A stretch of DNA of 64,000 nucleotides from Azolla caroliniana (lineage: Eukaryota; Plantae; Polypodiophyta): NCBI GenBank assembly GCA_043228905.1, contig JBHGNT010000020.1, positions 15,376,001 to 15,440,000 on the forward strand. The letters run 5' to 3'. The notes under the pieces are model-generated. The model searched no databases. It saw only the letters and a program-made list of their open reading frames with translations, and had not been told where the DNA came from. This document shows, in pieces, positions 13,213-25,800 of the stretch (the stretch's first letter is position 1; each line of letters opens with the position of its first letter). The position numbers and the translations under genes were made by a program.

Positions 13213-13640
13213 TTTAATAGTCCACTGTCCCGTTTTCTTCGATAAGTTTGCTCTAACGAAGAATGGGCAGTCCATTAGACGAGTCCCCGTTTGTCTTTTG
13301 CGAGTATCGTCAATCAAGCCTAGAGGGGTGTGATATTTTCCCCCATAGTAGCACTTGAAAGTGACTTTTCTATTGTCGCTATGCTTATCCACCACAATGA
13401 TGATATTCTGAGCACGGAAATGGTCCTTGATAAAACTGATCAGAGCCACTCTCTCGGTGAAGGTTCTATTGATAATTGAAGCTAAAGACAGTTCTATCGA
13501 TAATCGAAAATGGGTTTGGGGGGGCCAAAATGGCGGGAGAACTATCAAGGATTTTGTTTTTTAAAGGGGGGGGGGGGGTGTGTGGTGGTGGTTTAGCCAA
13601 AATAGCCAAAAAGATTTTTATTTTTTTTAGTGGTGGCAAA
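13213..13640 (-). mobile_element. MULE fragment (second copy), directly upstream of the SSL promoter
   Basis: Colinear with ~3433-3826: 'KVTFKCYYGGKYHTPLGL..TRKRQTGTRLMDCPFF'. Confidence 0.8.
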
Positions 13641-14471
13641 TATATATATATCTCAGAGACACAAAGTCCCATGGGTCAATATTATATATTCGATTCCCTT
13701 TTTCACTTTTTCTTCTTATATATTTTAGAATGGGCCCACCTACACAAAAAGATAGGGAGAGTGCATTTGCATGATAGTTGGACCGTTGTGGTGTGGAGAT
13801 GATTAATATGTCATTATCGCCACCTTGAGTCTGGATGCAAGCACACAACACAAATTGTATCAATTCACAAAATTGATTATTTAGAATTATGTGCGCGTCA
13901 ACCACTGTGGGTTATATTATTCTATCCATCTCCGGTCAATATTTCAAGAGAGTTAAAAAAGAAGAAGGTTTAACTAATCCATGTGAGGATATTGTGCAAG
14001 ACTCCAATATGTAGATGAATCGTAAAGGCAAGACAAGACAAGACAAGACAAGACGAACATTAAAGAAAATGATAGGAAACCAAGGTTTGGCATTTGTCGG
14101 AAAGAGGAATTTCTTTCTCTCAAAAGAGACAAAACAACCCCAACTCAGGATAGGAAAACCTAGGCTGCCTATCTATCTAAACAAATGTACCTACTACGGA
14201 ATGAAATTTGGAATATATATGTATAATTAAAGTATGTATGTATTAATGGTGCCATGCAATCTACTCTGGACCCTGGTACACAAACCCACACACACACAGA
14301 TGATGATGATAGACGTGTGATGATTGCGTTGCTTTTGGCTGTGATGAGTATATACGCATCTATATATATATATATATATATATTAGAGAGAGAGAGAGAG
14401 AGATTAACTGTCTGTCTTTTGAGAGAGGCAAATGACCTAGAAAACAGACCACACAAGAAGATATTATAGCT

Positions 14472-14507
<36 letters not shown>

Positions 14508-14923
14508 AAATCCCCCCCCAAAACACAAAAAAAGAGGGCTTCCTTTCACTTCCCCTCCTCCCTCCCGACTGCAGATTTGGCAGGCATATATGTATACACT
14601 TTAGACAAGAAGAACACGAAACAGGTGTTGACAAGTGGTGCGTGCATTAAAAAAGAAGGCGTCGATGGTTGCCTTGGCTTGATCATTTGCTGGAAGGGAA
14701 TAATAACAGGAGATCAACAGCCGCAGCCGCACGAGGGATATAAAGAGCAGGGCGAAACGAGATTAGAGTTTCTCAGCCATCGCCCTTTACTGTTTATATT
14801 ATTAGGTAGAGAAAGTAAACCTCCCTTTTCTCTTCTTTTTCTTCTTCTTCTTCTTCTTCTTCTTCTTTGGTCTTCTCATCTCTACCTCTAGTCTCAAAAC
14901 TCTTCTTTCTTCTTTCTTCTTCT

Positions 14924-17370
14924 ATGCAGACATTCAAAACCTCCTTCTCCACGAAGATGAGGAGCAGAGGAGGAGGAGCTCAATCATCCTCCTCTACATC
15001 AATGACTACAGTTTTTGCTGGCAGCTTCATGGTAGTGGTGGCGGCCGCATTGCTGCTAGCACTTGACCCCTTCCGCCTCAGCATCATTGGAAATGACCCC
15101 ACCTTCAAGACCACACTCGTGAAACTACAACCCCATTATACCCTCTCCTCCTTGCGCAGCCTCGGCCATCCGCGAGATTCTGAAGATAAGCTTCGCCAAG
15201 CCCGCAAATGGTACCTTGATCCCGGCCTAATAGGCCCTGAAAGTTTAGCTATGGATCCTGATGGGAATGGTCCTTACGTAGGTGTTGCAGACGGGCGCAT
15301 CATGAGATGGAATGCGCAACACGAGAAATGGCAAGAGTTCGCACACACATCTCCAAACAGGTACTCTTTTTTTCTTTTTTGTTTTGTCGAAATTCAATCA
15401 TCATTCAAACCACAGGCCTAAATCTTGTTTGTTTGCTTATCTGCAAAATATTTGGTGGACAATGTGTGCAAAGTAGGTCCGTAGCTGTGTGTGAGGGTGG
15501 AAACCCAAAGAACGAGCATATTTGTGGGAGGCCATTGGGGCTGAGATTCAATAGGAGAACAGGGGATCTCTACATAGCTGATGCATATCTAGGGCTGATG
15601 CGCGTAGGCCCAGAGGGAGGCCAGGCCACAATGCTCGTGAATGAAGTGGAGGGTGTGCCGTTGCGCTTTACCAACGACCTCGATGTCGCATCCGACGGCT
15701 CTGTCTACTTCACGGACAGCAGCTCCAAGTATCAGAGAAGGTTTACAGCGGCTATCTACTAACTCCATCAATTATTAGCCTTCATTCTTTTGGGCTGGGC
15801 ATATGCAATAAAATAATCAGTTGGGTGCTGCAGGAACTTCTTCCTGCTCGTACTGTCTGGGGACGATTCAGGGAGGGTTATAAGATATGATCCTGCGACA
15901 GGGAAGAGCAGTGTCATCCTGTCAGGGTTGCAGTTCCCCAATGGTCTCTCGCTTAGCAGAGATGAGTCCTTCCTCATCATTGCGGAAACTGTTCCCGGCA
16001 GGTAATCCTTGCGCTCCTCTTCTTGGACTGTTGGTATGTATGCTCTTCTTCTTCTTCTTCTTCTTCTTCTTCTTCTTGTGCGTCCAACACTTTGGTTTGA
16101 TCAATTAGTCACGTTGAGAGAGAACGAACGCTTTTTGCAATGGTGGTGCGCATGTGTGTGGGCATGTGGAATGTTGAACGCCCATTATGGCTTTTGTCCA
16201 TTTAATAAGGTATCGCTTTGGAAGAAAGTGATGCACTTTCCTAACTTGATTTTTGAAAGTTGCCTTAAGATATGCGCCATTTGTTTTGCATACTTATACT
16301 TATGATAGAGAAAGAAAGAACATGCCAAATAAAGAAAGTCGTTATTGAAATGAGTGCATAGCCTTTTTTCTTTTTTGGGTACCATATCCCCCACAAGGAG
16401 GCCCACACACATATTGTCAAACCTTGTGGATATGGACGAAGAAATAGGAGGCCACTCTTGTTTTGTCTTTTAACTATATAATATCTTTCAACAACGCTAT
16501 ACATGACAGGGACATCATTGTCAACGTTCTAGATATATAGAGAGCAACAAATACATAGAAGTTAGCTTTTAGATACCTAGAGCTACTAGATAATTGCCTT
16601 TTGATTCCATTTTTTATAATCTTGAGCTCCAGCCAAGAAATTTATGTCTTTTAACATACCAAGAAACACAAGGAACCTATATAATTGCATTCAATAAACA
16701 CCACGAAACCTATTGTTGCATTCGATAAATACAGGAAATCTATCTTCTTTTACCAAACGATACATGTTCAGATCTTATTTATTGTCTCTATCGAACAATT
16801 CAAGTTTCAGTCGTTAGTTTCATGTTATTTTCTCCATTTCCATAACTTTCCATGTGACTAGATTCTACTCATTTAATTTCCCTTCTTGCACCTTCTTGTA
16901 GGTTGTTGCGACATTGGATAGCTAGGGACAAGGTAGGGGACACAGAGTTGCTTGCCATGTTACCTGGTTACCCAGACAATGTGCGGGTGAACATGGCGGG
17001 TGATGTGTGGGTAGCCATGCATTGTCGTCGAAATGTCATTAATATGTTGTCAGGTGCATTTCCCACATTGAGGCGTGCTTTTCTACAATTGCCAATCCCC
17101 TTTAAATACCTCTATCGAATTTTTAATGGCAAACCACATGGTATCCTCGCAAAATACAACTTCAATCATGTCTCTACTACTACTACCAATGTTGATTCCC
17201 GTGGGAATGCCCATATGACACTATTACTGGAGGATACCCATGGTAGTGTGGTAAAGTATGCTAGCGAAGTTGATGAACGAGATGGCCAGCTTTGGATTGG
17301 GTCCGTTCTTCTTCCATACATTGCTATATATGATCTACATACCACCCACTCGAACCTTCCTTTGACTTGA
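14924..17370 (+). CDS. Strictosidine synthase-like (SSL) protein, 4 exons: 14924(or 14957)-15360, 15477-15740, 15834-16001, 16902-17370
   Basis: N-terminal hydrophobic anchor, then 'GPESLAMDPDGNGPYVGVADGRI', 'ICGRPLGLRF..TGDLYIADAYLGL', 'FTNDLDV..DGSVYFTDSS', 'LQFPNGL' and 'PGYPDNVR'. GT-AG introns join the exons in frame, and no stops were seen. Confidence 0.93.
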
Positions 17371-18271
17371 TCCAAGTTTGTTATACAATTTTTATCTCAT
17401 TCAAAAGCCTGTGTCTATATCCTGGAATAAGCTTCTTTTCAGCATAATAATTTTGTTTCACTAATGACTTCTGACTCCATGGGCTATTCCACCCCATACA
17501 TGTTGAAAAGGTTGAGATGTACTTTCTATTATTCTTTCCAAACTCCCGCTGTATGATGCACTATGAAACACATTTCCTAACCACTTGAGAAAATAAGCTT
17601 TACTTCTATATTAAGTTATTGATGTACCAAATTGTGTTGTAAGCAAAGTGTTTTTGTTATCACATTGTTGAAAACTAGTATTCAAACCTTCAAAGTCGCT
17701 CCTAACCCATTTCAAATGCCAATTGCAAAATATCAAGGTCAAAATTCTAGGTGCACGCAAACACATGGAATTCCAAGGTCCATGTCAAAATCTAATTAAA
17801 ATCAATGTATGTTTGGGAGGTTACAAAAAGTGTGAAATTGCGTCTTGACTTATGGATATGTTTCACATTCCATGTTCACCAGTCTTCTCCTCAACCATGC
17901 CAACTATGGTTTTGTTGTAGGAGCATTGCCAAAATCACTTTATTCTTTAGTGTTAAGCAACTTTTAATTCCAACGACGCAAGTCACTCGGATATCTATTA
18001 TTTATTTTGGATGACACAGTCAAATCTTATTCCTTGGATGTATAAGGTAATTCATCTATTTCAACTCTAATGCTCAAAGACTTAATTCATTGCATTGGCT
18101 ACATGTATTAAGCTGGTTTTCACAATCCAAAATCTTTGGATATTGTAACATAGTGTTCCAATTAGAGGTTTGGCAAGAGATTCCCATATTTGCACTAGGA
18201 ACATCAACTTACATAATCAATGCATATCAAATGTTCACTTCCAACACACAAAGAAAGGTATGGACAGTGGT

Positions 18272-19205
18272 ATGGCGAGTTCACTTCCAACAGAGAAGCT
18301 CGACAGGAGCAACTATGCGTCTTGGTCATATAAAATGCACCCGTACTTGCTGGGGCATGGTTATTGAAGCTACGTGGAAGGAACCACCGAGGTAGCACCG
18401 AATCTGGCACACAAAGACTTCCCGGCATGGGAGCAAGGAGCGAGCCAAGTATTGTACTGCCTCGCGTCCGGTGTGCACGATCAGATGCTCAGCTACATCA
18501 AAGATACGAAAACACCAAAGGAAGCCTAGGAAAATCTTCGGAAGATTTTCGCCGCTAGTACCATGGCACGGAAGATGCAACTCCGAGAAAGAGCTCAACA
18601 ATATCCGACAGAGGGATATATCCGTGACCGACTACACCACCAAGATAAAGGAGATTTGCGACGCGCTCGGGTCCATCAATGTGATGGTGGACGAAGACGA
18701 GATGGTTCAAACCTACCTCGGTGGACAAGCACAACGGTACGAGCCAATCCGGACGACGATCTGCACGCGGGAGAAACCACCGTCTTTCTTCAACTTGCAA
18801 TCGATGCTGATGGTCGAAGAAAACCACGCGAGTGGGTTTAAGACCACTCAATCGGACAGCTGGATACTGTACACGAAGGCGGAGGAAAAGGTGGGTCGGC
18901 ACGCAATGCAGGCGGTTGGCAAGAGCAGAACCGAAGGCACGGAGACGGTGCCGACAACAATTCCGAACCCTCCACAAGCAGGGGGAGTCAGATCAGCGCC
19001 GGAAACCGGTAAGGAAAAGCCGACACGTAATGCTGGTATTGTGGCAAAATGGGCTATAGGGAAAGCAAGTGCTGGAAGAAGCGTGCCGATACGGATAAAT
19101 CCGGATCCGGCAAGGCGGGACAAGGGAATCGGCAAAGCTCGCACTACGTAGAAGGATCGGAAGGATCCGGAACCGGGAAGAGCGGAAAAGGGCCAACCTT
19201 CGTGG
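18272..19205 (+). mobile_element. Ty1/Copia gag fragment, frameshifted, no LTR seen
   Basis: 'MASSLPTEKLDRSNYASWSYKM..YLLGHGY', 'ELNNIRQRDISVTDYTTKIKEICDALGS' and CCHC 'CWYCGKMGYRESKC'. Confidence 0.88.
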
Positions 19206-21146
19206 TACTATTTCCTCAGCACAAGCTCGCAAAGAGATGCGTAAGATGACACGTCGTAAAAGACGAGCTTGGGAGCTCTACCATATGCTCATGAGTAGGG
19301 ACTGGGCCCTTGCATGGAAGAGACTACGGGAACCGAAACCACAAACACCCATGGAGGATCCCAATATTTCGCATACATATATCGAGAGACTCTACCATGT
19401 CCCCAACCAACCACCCATTCCAATGCCTTCCACACCTCGACCTACCATGGGGACACTTTTCACGACCTCTAGGGTCACGAAGGTCATAAAAAAATTCCAA
19501 CATAGGAAATCCATGGACCACATAGGATTGCGAGCCGAGCACATCATATTTGCTCGAGAGTGCCTAGCCCTGTTTCTCACTGTAATCTTCAACCGTGCGC
19601 TCGCCGAGGGTTTTCCACCAAAATGGGCCATGAACACAGTGGCCCCTATACATAAAGGAGCGGACCCAATGGACCCAAATACACATAGGACCATTATGAT
19701 AGGTCATACGCTCGCTAAACTATATGGTGCAGTAATGGAAGCAGAGCGCAACGATTGTATGGAAACATTAAGTCTTCGAGCACCTGAGGAGGCTGGCTTT
19801 AGATGAGCATTCTTCACAATTGACCATATCTTCACACTTAGTTGCTTAATTGACTAGACGAAGGCTTGTAAGAAGAAACTATATTGTAGCTTTGTGGACT
19901 TTCGCAAAGCCTTTGACACAGTTCCTAAGGAGAGGTTATTTGATAGACTTAAGAGCTTGGAGAAACCAAATGACATGATCTAGGCCATTTATGCCCTATA
20001 TCAGCAAGTCTTTGGGTGCGTAAGATGCCTAGCTGGCCTATCCGATTGTTTCACTAGCACCATTGGTGTGAAACAAGGTTGCCCCCTATCACCGACTCTT
20101 TTTGGGATCTACATTAATGAGATCACGGAATTTATTGCTCGTAAGCGAGGCAAGGGAGTAGCTATTGGGGATACCCAAGTTAGCCTCTTACTTTATGCAG
20201 ACGACATTGTCTTGCTCTCGGAGTTAGAACACGACCTACAAAAGCATCTTAATACCATAGATGACTTTTGTACATAACGAGGATTGGTAATGAATCTAGC
20301 GAAAACTAAAGTCCTTATCTTTCATACATGGTCCCGAGTTAGGAGTAAATGTCACCTAACCCTCTCTCATAAAATAGTTGAGGTAGTTGGATCATGTGTA
20401 TACTTGGGAGTCACTTTTAGTGCTCGCTCAAGTAAAGTCTCGATGACCCAAGCAGCCAAAGATAGGCTAACAAGAGGGTATGCATCCCTCTCACTCTTAG
20501 AGATACAATGCCACCAGGCATACTTTCAAGAGCCACGGACGAAGGGATGGCTCTTCGACACATTAGTGACCCCTTCCCTCATGTATGCATCAATAGTATG
20601 GGCTCCGGGTCTACCATCTTTCATGTGGACGCAATTAGAGAGACCTTTGGTGACGATGTTATCACGTCAACTACGAAGCAAATCGACAGTACCACATGAC
20701 ATTATTAGAGCAGAGTTCAGTCTACCCCCGATGTTAGTAGAAGCACTCTTTCAAGTGGTAGTTTTTATTCATCGGATACATAGCCAACCACAAAATAGGA
20801 TATCCCGTCGAGCCTTTGAGGCATCCCGATCCCTACATGCGTCTGGAGACACTAGCTCTTGGTATAGCACAATGGTGAGTTGGTTACTTGCAAACTGCAT
20901 AAATATTAATAACCTACCCCCCCTTAAGTACAACCATGGGACTGATCAAACTCTCTCTCATGAAAATAGTAATCAAGTGATACACCAAGAAATATGGAAA
21001 ATTTACACGTGATATAAATGGATCACCCCGCGAGAGCCACTCCCATCTAAAATGTTGTACTATAAGGAACACTTCTTGCACTTCTCTAAGTTAGGTTTTA
21101 TTACACGACCATGATATCTAGATACATTCTTATCAAATGCACTAAG
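19206..21146 (+). mobile_element. RTE-type LINE ORF (RT domain), left part, 5'-truncated with stops
   Basis: 'PIHKGADPMDPNTHRTI', 'FVDFRKAFDTV', 'GVKQGCPLSPTLFGIYI', 'YADDIVLL'. Confidence 0.93.
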
Positions 21147-21182
21147 AACACGTTTGCGTTCACAAGTGGAAGGATCGCACAT
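21147..21182 (+). repeat. Left terminal inverted repeat
   Basis: 32/36 reverse-complement match to 28647-28682. Confidence 0.93.
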
Positions 21183-21274
21183 AAATGGAAGGATAAGGAA
21201 AACTTTGGTTGATTTTAGGGCTTTTTCAATAATTTTACAAAACACATTGATTCCAGTATCATACATGTTCAAAC

Positions 21275-21899
21275 ATATTTGCTCGAGAGTGCCTAGCCCC
21301 ATTTCTCACTATAATCTTCAACCGCATCCTCGCCGAGGGTTTTCCACCAAAATAGGCCATGAACACAGTGGCGCCTATACATAAAGGAGGGGACCCAATG
21401 GACCCAAATACACATACGACCATTATGATAGTCGTACGCTCGCTAAACCATATGGTGTAGTAATGGAAGTGGAGCTCGGCGATTATATGGAAACATTAAG
21501 TCTTCGAGCACCTGAGGAGGCTGGCTTTAGATGAGCATTTTTCACAATTGACCATATCTTCACACTTAGTTGCTTAATTGACAAGATGAAGGCTCGTAAG
21601 AAGAAACTATATTGTTGCTTTGTGGACTTCCACAAAACATTTGACACAGTTCCTAAGGAGAGGTTATTTGATAGACTTAAGAGCTTGGAGATACGAAACG
21701 ACATGATCTAGGCCATTTATGCCCTATATGAGCAAGTCTTTGGGTGCGTAAGATGCCTAGGTGGCCTATCCGATTGTTTCACTAGCACCATTGGTGTGAA
21801 ACAGGGTTGCCCCCTATCACCAACTCTTTTTGGGATCTACATTATTGAGATCACGGAATTTATTGCTCGTAAGGGAGGCAAGGGAGTAGCTATTGGGGA
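21275..21899 (+). repeat. Filler copy of flanking LINE sequence (~19545-20170) inside the transposon
   Basis: Direct, high-identity match that shares some of the same stop codons. Confidence 0.9.
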
Positions 21900-22680
21900 G
21901 TAGAAAACGAAGAGTCTGATGACAAACAATATTCACTCATGGCTTAAGGTCCACACAGAGCTCTTTAAGTTATGTGCTTAGGCTAAGGAAAAAAACTGAT
22001 AAGCTCCACTCTAAACATATACTCCTCTCTAAACGTAACCTCCTCTCCAAACATAAACTCCTCTCTAAACAGAAACTCCCTCAATATAATGTCTATATAT
22101 TATTTAATATTATATTAATACAATACATAAAGATATTATTCAACATATTAATATTAAACACATAAAGATATAGTTGTATTCAACATATTAATAATTACAT
22201 AAACTAGTCTGTATAAAGTTAAATCAAGTATAATATAATTACAATCATTATGAAACCATATATATGTTGGATTAAAGTTAAAATCATTGGTTAATTAATG
22301 GCACCCATATTTAATATAGAACTTCTCAGTCATTGGTTCATTCATGCCCACAAATTTAAATATAAGAATTTTTAATCATTGGTTCATCCATGCCCACATC
22401 TTTAATACAAAGCAATTAAGAGTCATAAAAATGTTGCTTTGAGTAATCAATCATTGGTTCATTCATGAACCTCTATCATTGTTTCCTTCATGACCTTCAA
22501 AGTCATTATATGTTATTTTGACTATAAAATAATCATTAATATGTTAGTTTGACTTTGTAATCATTGATGAAATCATAAGTAACTCTGGTTAAAATGATTG
22601 TGGTTACTAACTAACTAACCTCAAGCTTGCCAACCCTTGTTAAAGTCACTGTGGTTACTTTAACCACTGTGGTCAATCCC

Positions 22681-22688
22681 TATAAATA
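22681..22688 (+). promoter_or_regulatory. TATA box of the ParB-MTase gene
   Basis: CCCTATAAATAGG lies ~125 bp upstream of ATG 22805 and is conserved in copy 1 at ~6851. Confidence 0.6.
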
Positions 22689-22804
22689 GGAAGACCTCGT
22701 CATATTTCAGCCACACAAAGCACAAGAGCACATAGAGCTAACAGAGCTAACAGAGCACGAAGCACGGAAGCGAGATCTCCGCCTAAACATCGACAAGATT
22801 AACC

Positions 22805-25800
22805 ATGTCTTTAAAGAAAATCGAGCGCCAGGACTCCATGTAAGCCTCTACCAATGTGGAAATTTTTGTAAATATGTTTTAGAACTCAGGAACTCGATAC
22901 GCCGTATCGAGTTCCTGTATGAAACACAAACTTTATACAGGAACTCGAAACGGAGTATTTAGTTCTTGTTTGAAGTTTAGGTTTTAAACAGGAACTCGAT
23001 ACGCCGTATCGAGTTCCTATATAATGTTTGTGTTTTATATAGGACCTCGATACGGCGTATCGAGTTCCTGTTTAAAGTTTTTGTTTTAAAGAGGAGCTCG
23101 AACCGTATCGAGTTCCTGTATTATGTTTGCGTTTTAAACAGGAACTCGATACTCCGTATCGAGTGCTTGTATTATGTTTGTGTTTTATACAAGGACTCGA
23201 TACGGCATATCGAGTTCCTGTACACAGTTTGTGTTTTAAAGAGGAACTCGATACGCCGTATCGAGCTCCCGTATTATGTTCGTCTTTAAATAAGAACTCG
23301 ATACGGCGTATCGAGTTATCGAGTTCCTGTACACAGTTTGTGTTTTCCTGTATATATTATGTGTTTTAAACAGGAACTCGATACGCCGTATCGAGTTCCT
23401 GTATAAAAGACAAACACTATACAGGAACTCGATATGGAGTATCAAGTTCCTGTATAAAGTTCTCGTTTTATACAAGAACTCGATACACCCTATCGAGTTC
23501 CTGTGTAAAGTATGTTTTTGATACACGAACTCGATACCGTGCATCGAGTTCCTGTATAGACACGAACTATATACAGGAACATGATATAGTGTATGGAGTT
23601 CTTGTATAAAACACACAATTCAAAGAGGAATATTGTGTCTTTGGGGCAACAATTTAGTATTGTGTGAAAAGATATTGAAGTTTCTGTCAAAATTAGACTT
23701 CCTTTATAGAGATTTGCCTCTGTGTTCAAAGAAAATCGACAAGATCAACCATGTGTTCAAAGAAAATCGAGCGCCAGGACTCCAGGTAAGCCTCTGCCAC
23801 TATGGACATTTTTGTAAATATGTTTTGTATAGGAACATGATACGGCTTATCAAGTTCTTGTATAAAACACACAATTCAAAGAGGAATGTTGTGTCTTTGG
23901 GGCAACAATGTAGTATTGTGTGAAAAGATATCAAACTTTCTGTCAAAATTAGACTTTTTTTATGGAGATTTGCCATATTTTGTAACAAATAGGGGCTTTA
24001 ATTATAGAGGTTTTATGACCTAGTATAGCTTAAAATAGTAGAAAATAAGCCACAAATTACCTTTACGATACCTAAATCAAGTCTATCATATGCAAATTCT
24101 CTAGAATATGGATATGGAATCAATATACGCCATACCTACCCTTCAAGATAATATATATCCTTGTATTCTTATTAAGATATATATTTTCTAAGTTGAATAG
24201 CCCTTACTAGAATGGATTTCTGAATAAACGACTACCATGTTCAATCAATGCGTGATTGATATTTAAAGTTTACCACCAATTGCTTGCTAGTTTTTGTCTT
24301 CGTCTAATTATTTGTATTTTAATATACAACCTTAATCTACGTGACCACCTAACTTATGTTTTCGCATGTCCTTTCTTAAATAGGTCATTTGAGAACTTGT
24401 TAGACTGACCTATGAAGAAGATAAAGCTCCGCATACAGGTCTCTCCAATTGAAACACAGACCCTAATACCTCCTGCGAACATGAAGAGAGCAAAAAAGCT
24501 TCTCTTCAACAAGGAGACAAAATCTCAACCACCCAATGAGGTCAGCCAAAAAAAACTATTAACAGCTACTGGTGGTGAAGACCTTGCTGATCATGATCTA
24601 ACAGACAAGGAATGGTGTATGCAATACGTCGGCTGAAAGAAAAAAGTTGTGTTGTATACAACAAAGAAGAAGGGTGAGGGGCAGCTTGAAAATGAAATCG
24701 CATTTATGTATGGCCGTATTCTACGATTTGACTACGAAGATTCAGATTCGGCCAACATACTTGTAATGATAGAGTGCTCTAAGGGGGTACGTAAAGTGTT
24801 CCTTTTTGAAGATCTTCTAGTAAAGGAATCTTGTGGGCCAGAAGCATTTAAAAAAGATCTAGAAAGCTCACAAAACCTTATTGCTACCTTGAGGCCTTAT
24901 ATACAAGGCTATGTAACTCTAAGGGAGCCATTGCCCTCTCCAATAAAGGCCCCGAAAAGGGCATCTAAAGTACAATCAAGGCCAGAAAAAAAGAAGACGA
25001 CTAAAATGTCGGACTCAGACTCATCAAGCTCAAACGAAGATGATGGCACTAAGAGGACGCTCGGAGCTGAGCTTGCATAAGGTGTGTTGTCATCCGAGCA
25101 GAATAAGTTACCGAGAGAGTTAATGCAGCGTAAACTCGTAAGGATGGGGTAAGTGTTTAATTTGCCTATAACACACATCCATCGGCCTCCTATTGATGAA
25201 AAAACAGGACGAAGACCAGTTGAGATTAGAGAGCCACACCGAATGCATGTTCAAAATCTCAAGGAAAAAAATGAAAATTAATCCACATGCTACCGTTGTG
25301 CCTTTTATTGTTATGGTGGATCCTGAAGAACGTGAAACCATTGAAGATTTTGATATAAGAAAGCATGATCAATATAATTACTTTGTCATTGGTGGATCGC
25401 ATTCGGCGGAGACACGTCGGTAACTTGTTAGAGAACATCCAATGACTTTCTTCTTCAAGTATGCCAAGTGCAAAATTTACGTGGGTCTCACAACTGAAGA
25501 GGCAAATTTGTATGCATGGGACCAAAATAATGATAATGACTATAGGCAGAAAATGTCATCGATTGAGCGTATAAGGTTCTTCCACCACGAGTATTTGGAC
25601 GTGAAACAAAAGTTTGGTGTGAAGCTACATCCAGGCCTACGATGTCAATGCTTGCATGAAGTCGGCATTGTGGTAGATCATAATGTTAAGTCCGATGGTC
25701 TTCAAAAATATGAGTCTTGGTTTCATTTGGCCTTAAGAGATGGAGAAGTATAGGACCTACAAGATCAAATCTTCTCAATGTGGGAGAATAAGGAAGTCAA

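Noticed and set aside
21143-21147. PIF/Harbinger (TAA), CACTA or piggyBac assignment of the TIR element
   Set aside because: A TAA TSD would leave an unpaired G at the left end, and the termini are not CACTA or CCC/TTAA. TAAG gives perfectly paired ends.
22887-23604. CRISPR-like repeat-spacer appearance
   Set aside because: The spacers are ~20-bp variants of one sequence rather than unique, there are no cas genes, and the array lies in an intron of a eukaryotic transposon gene.
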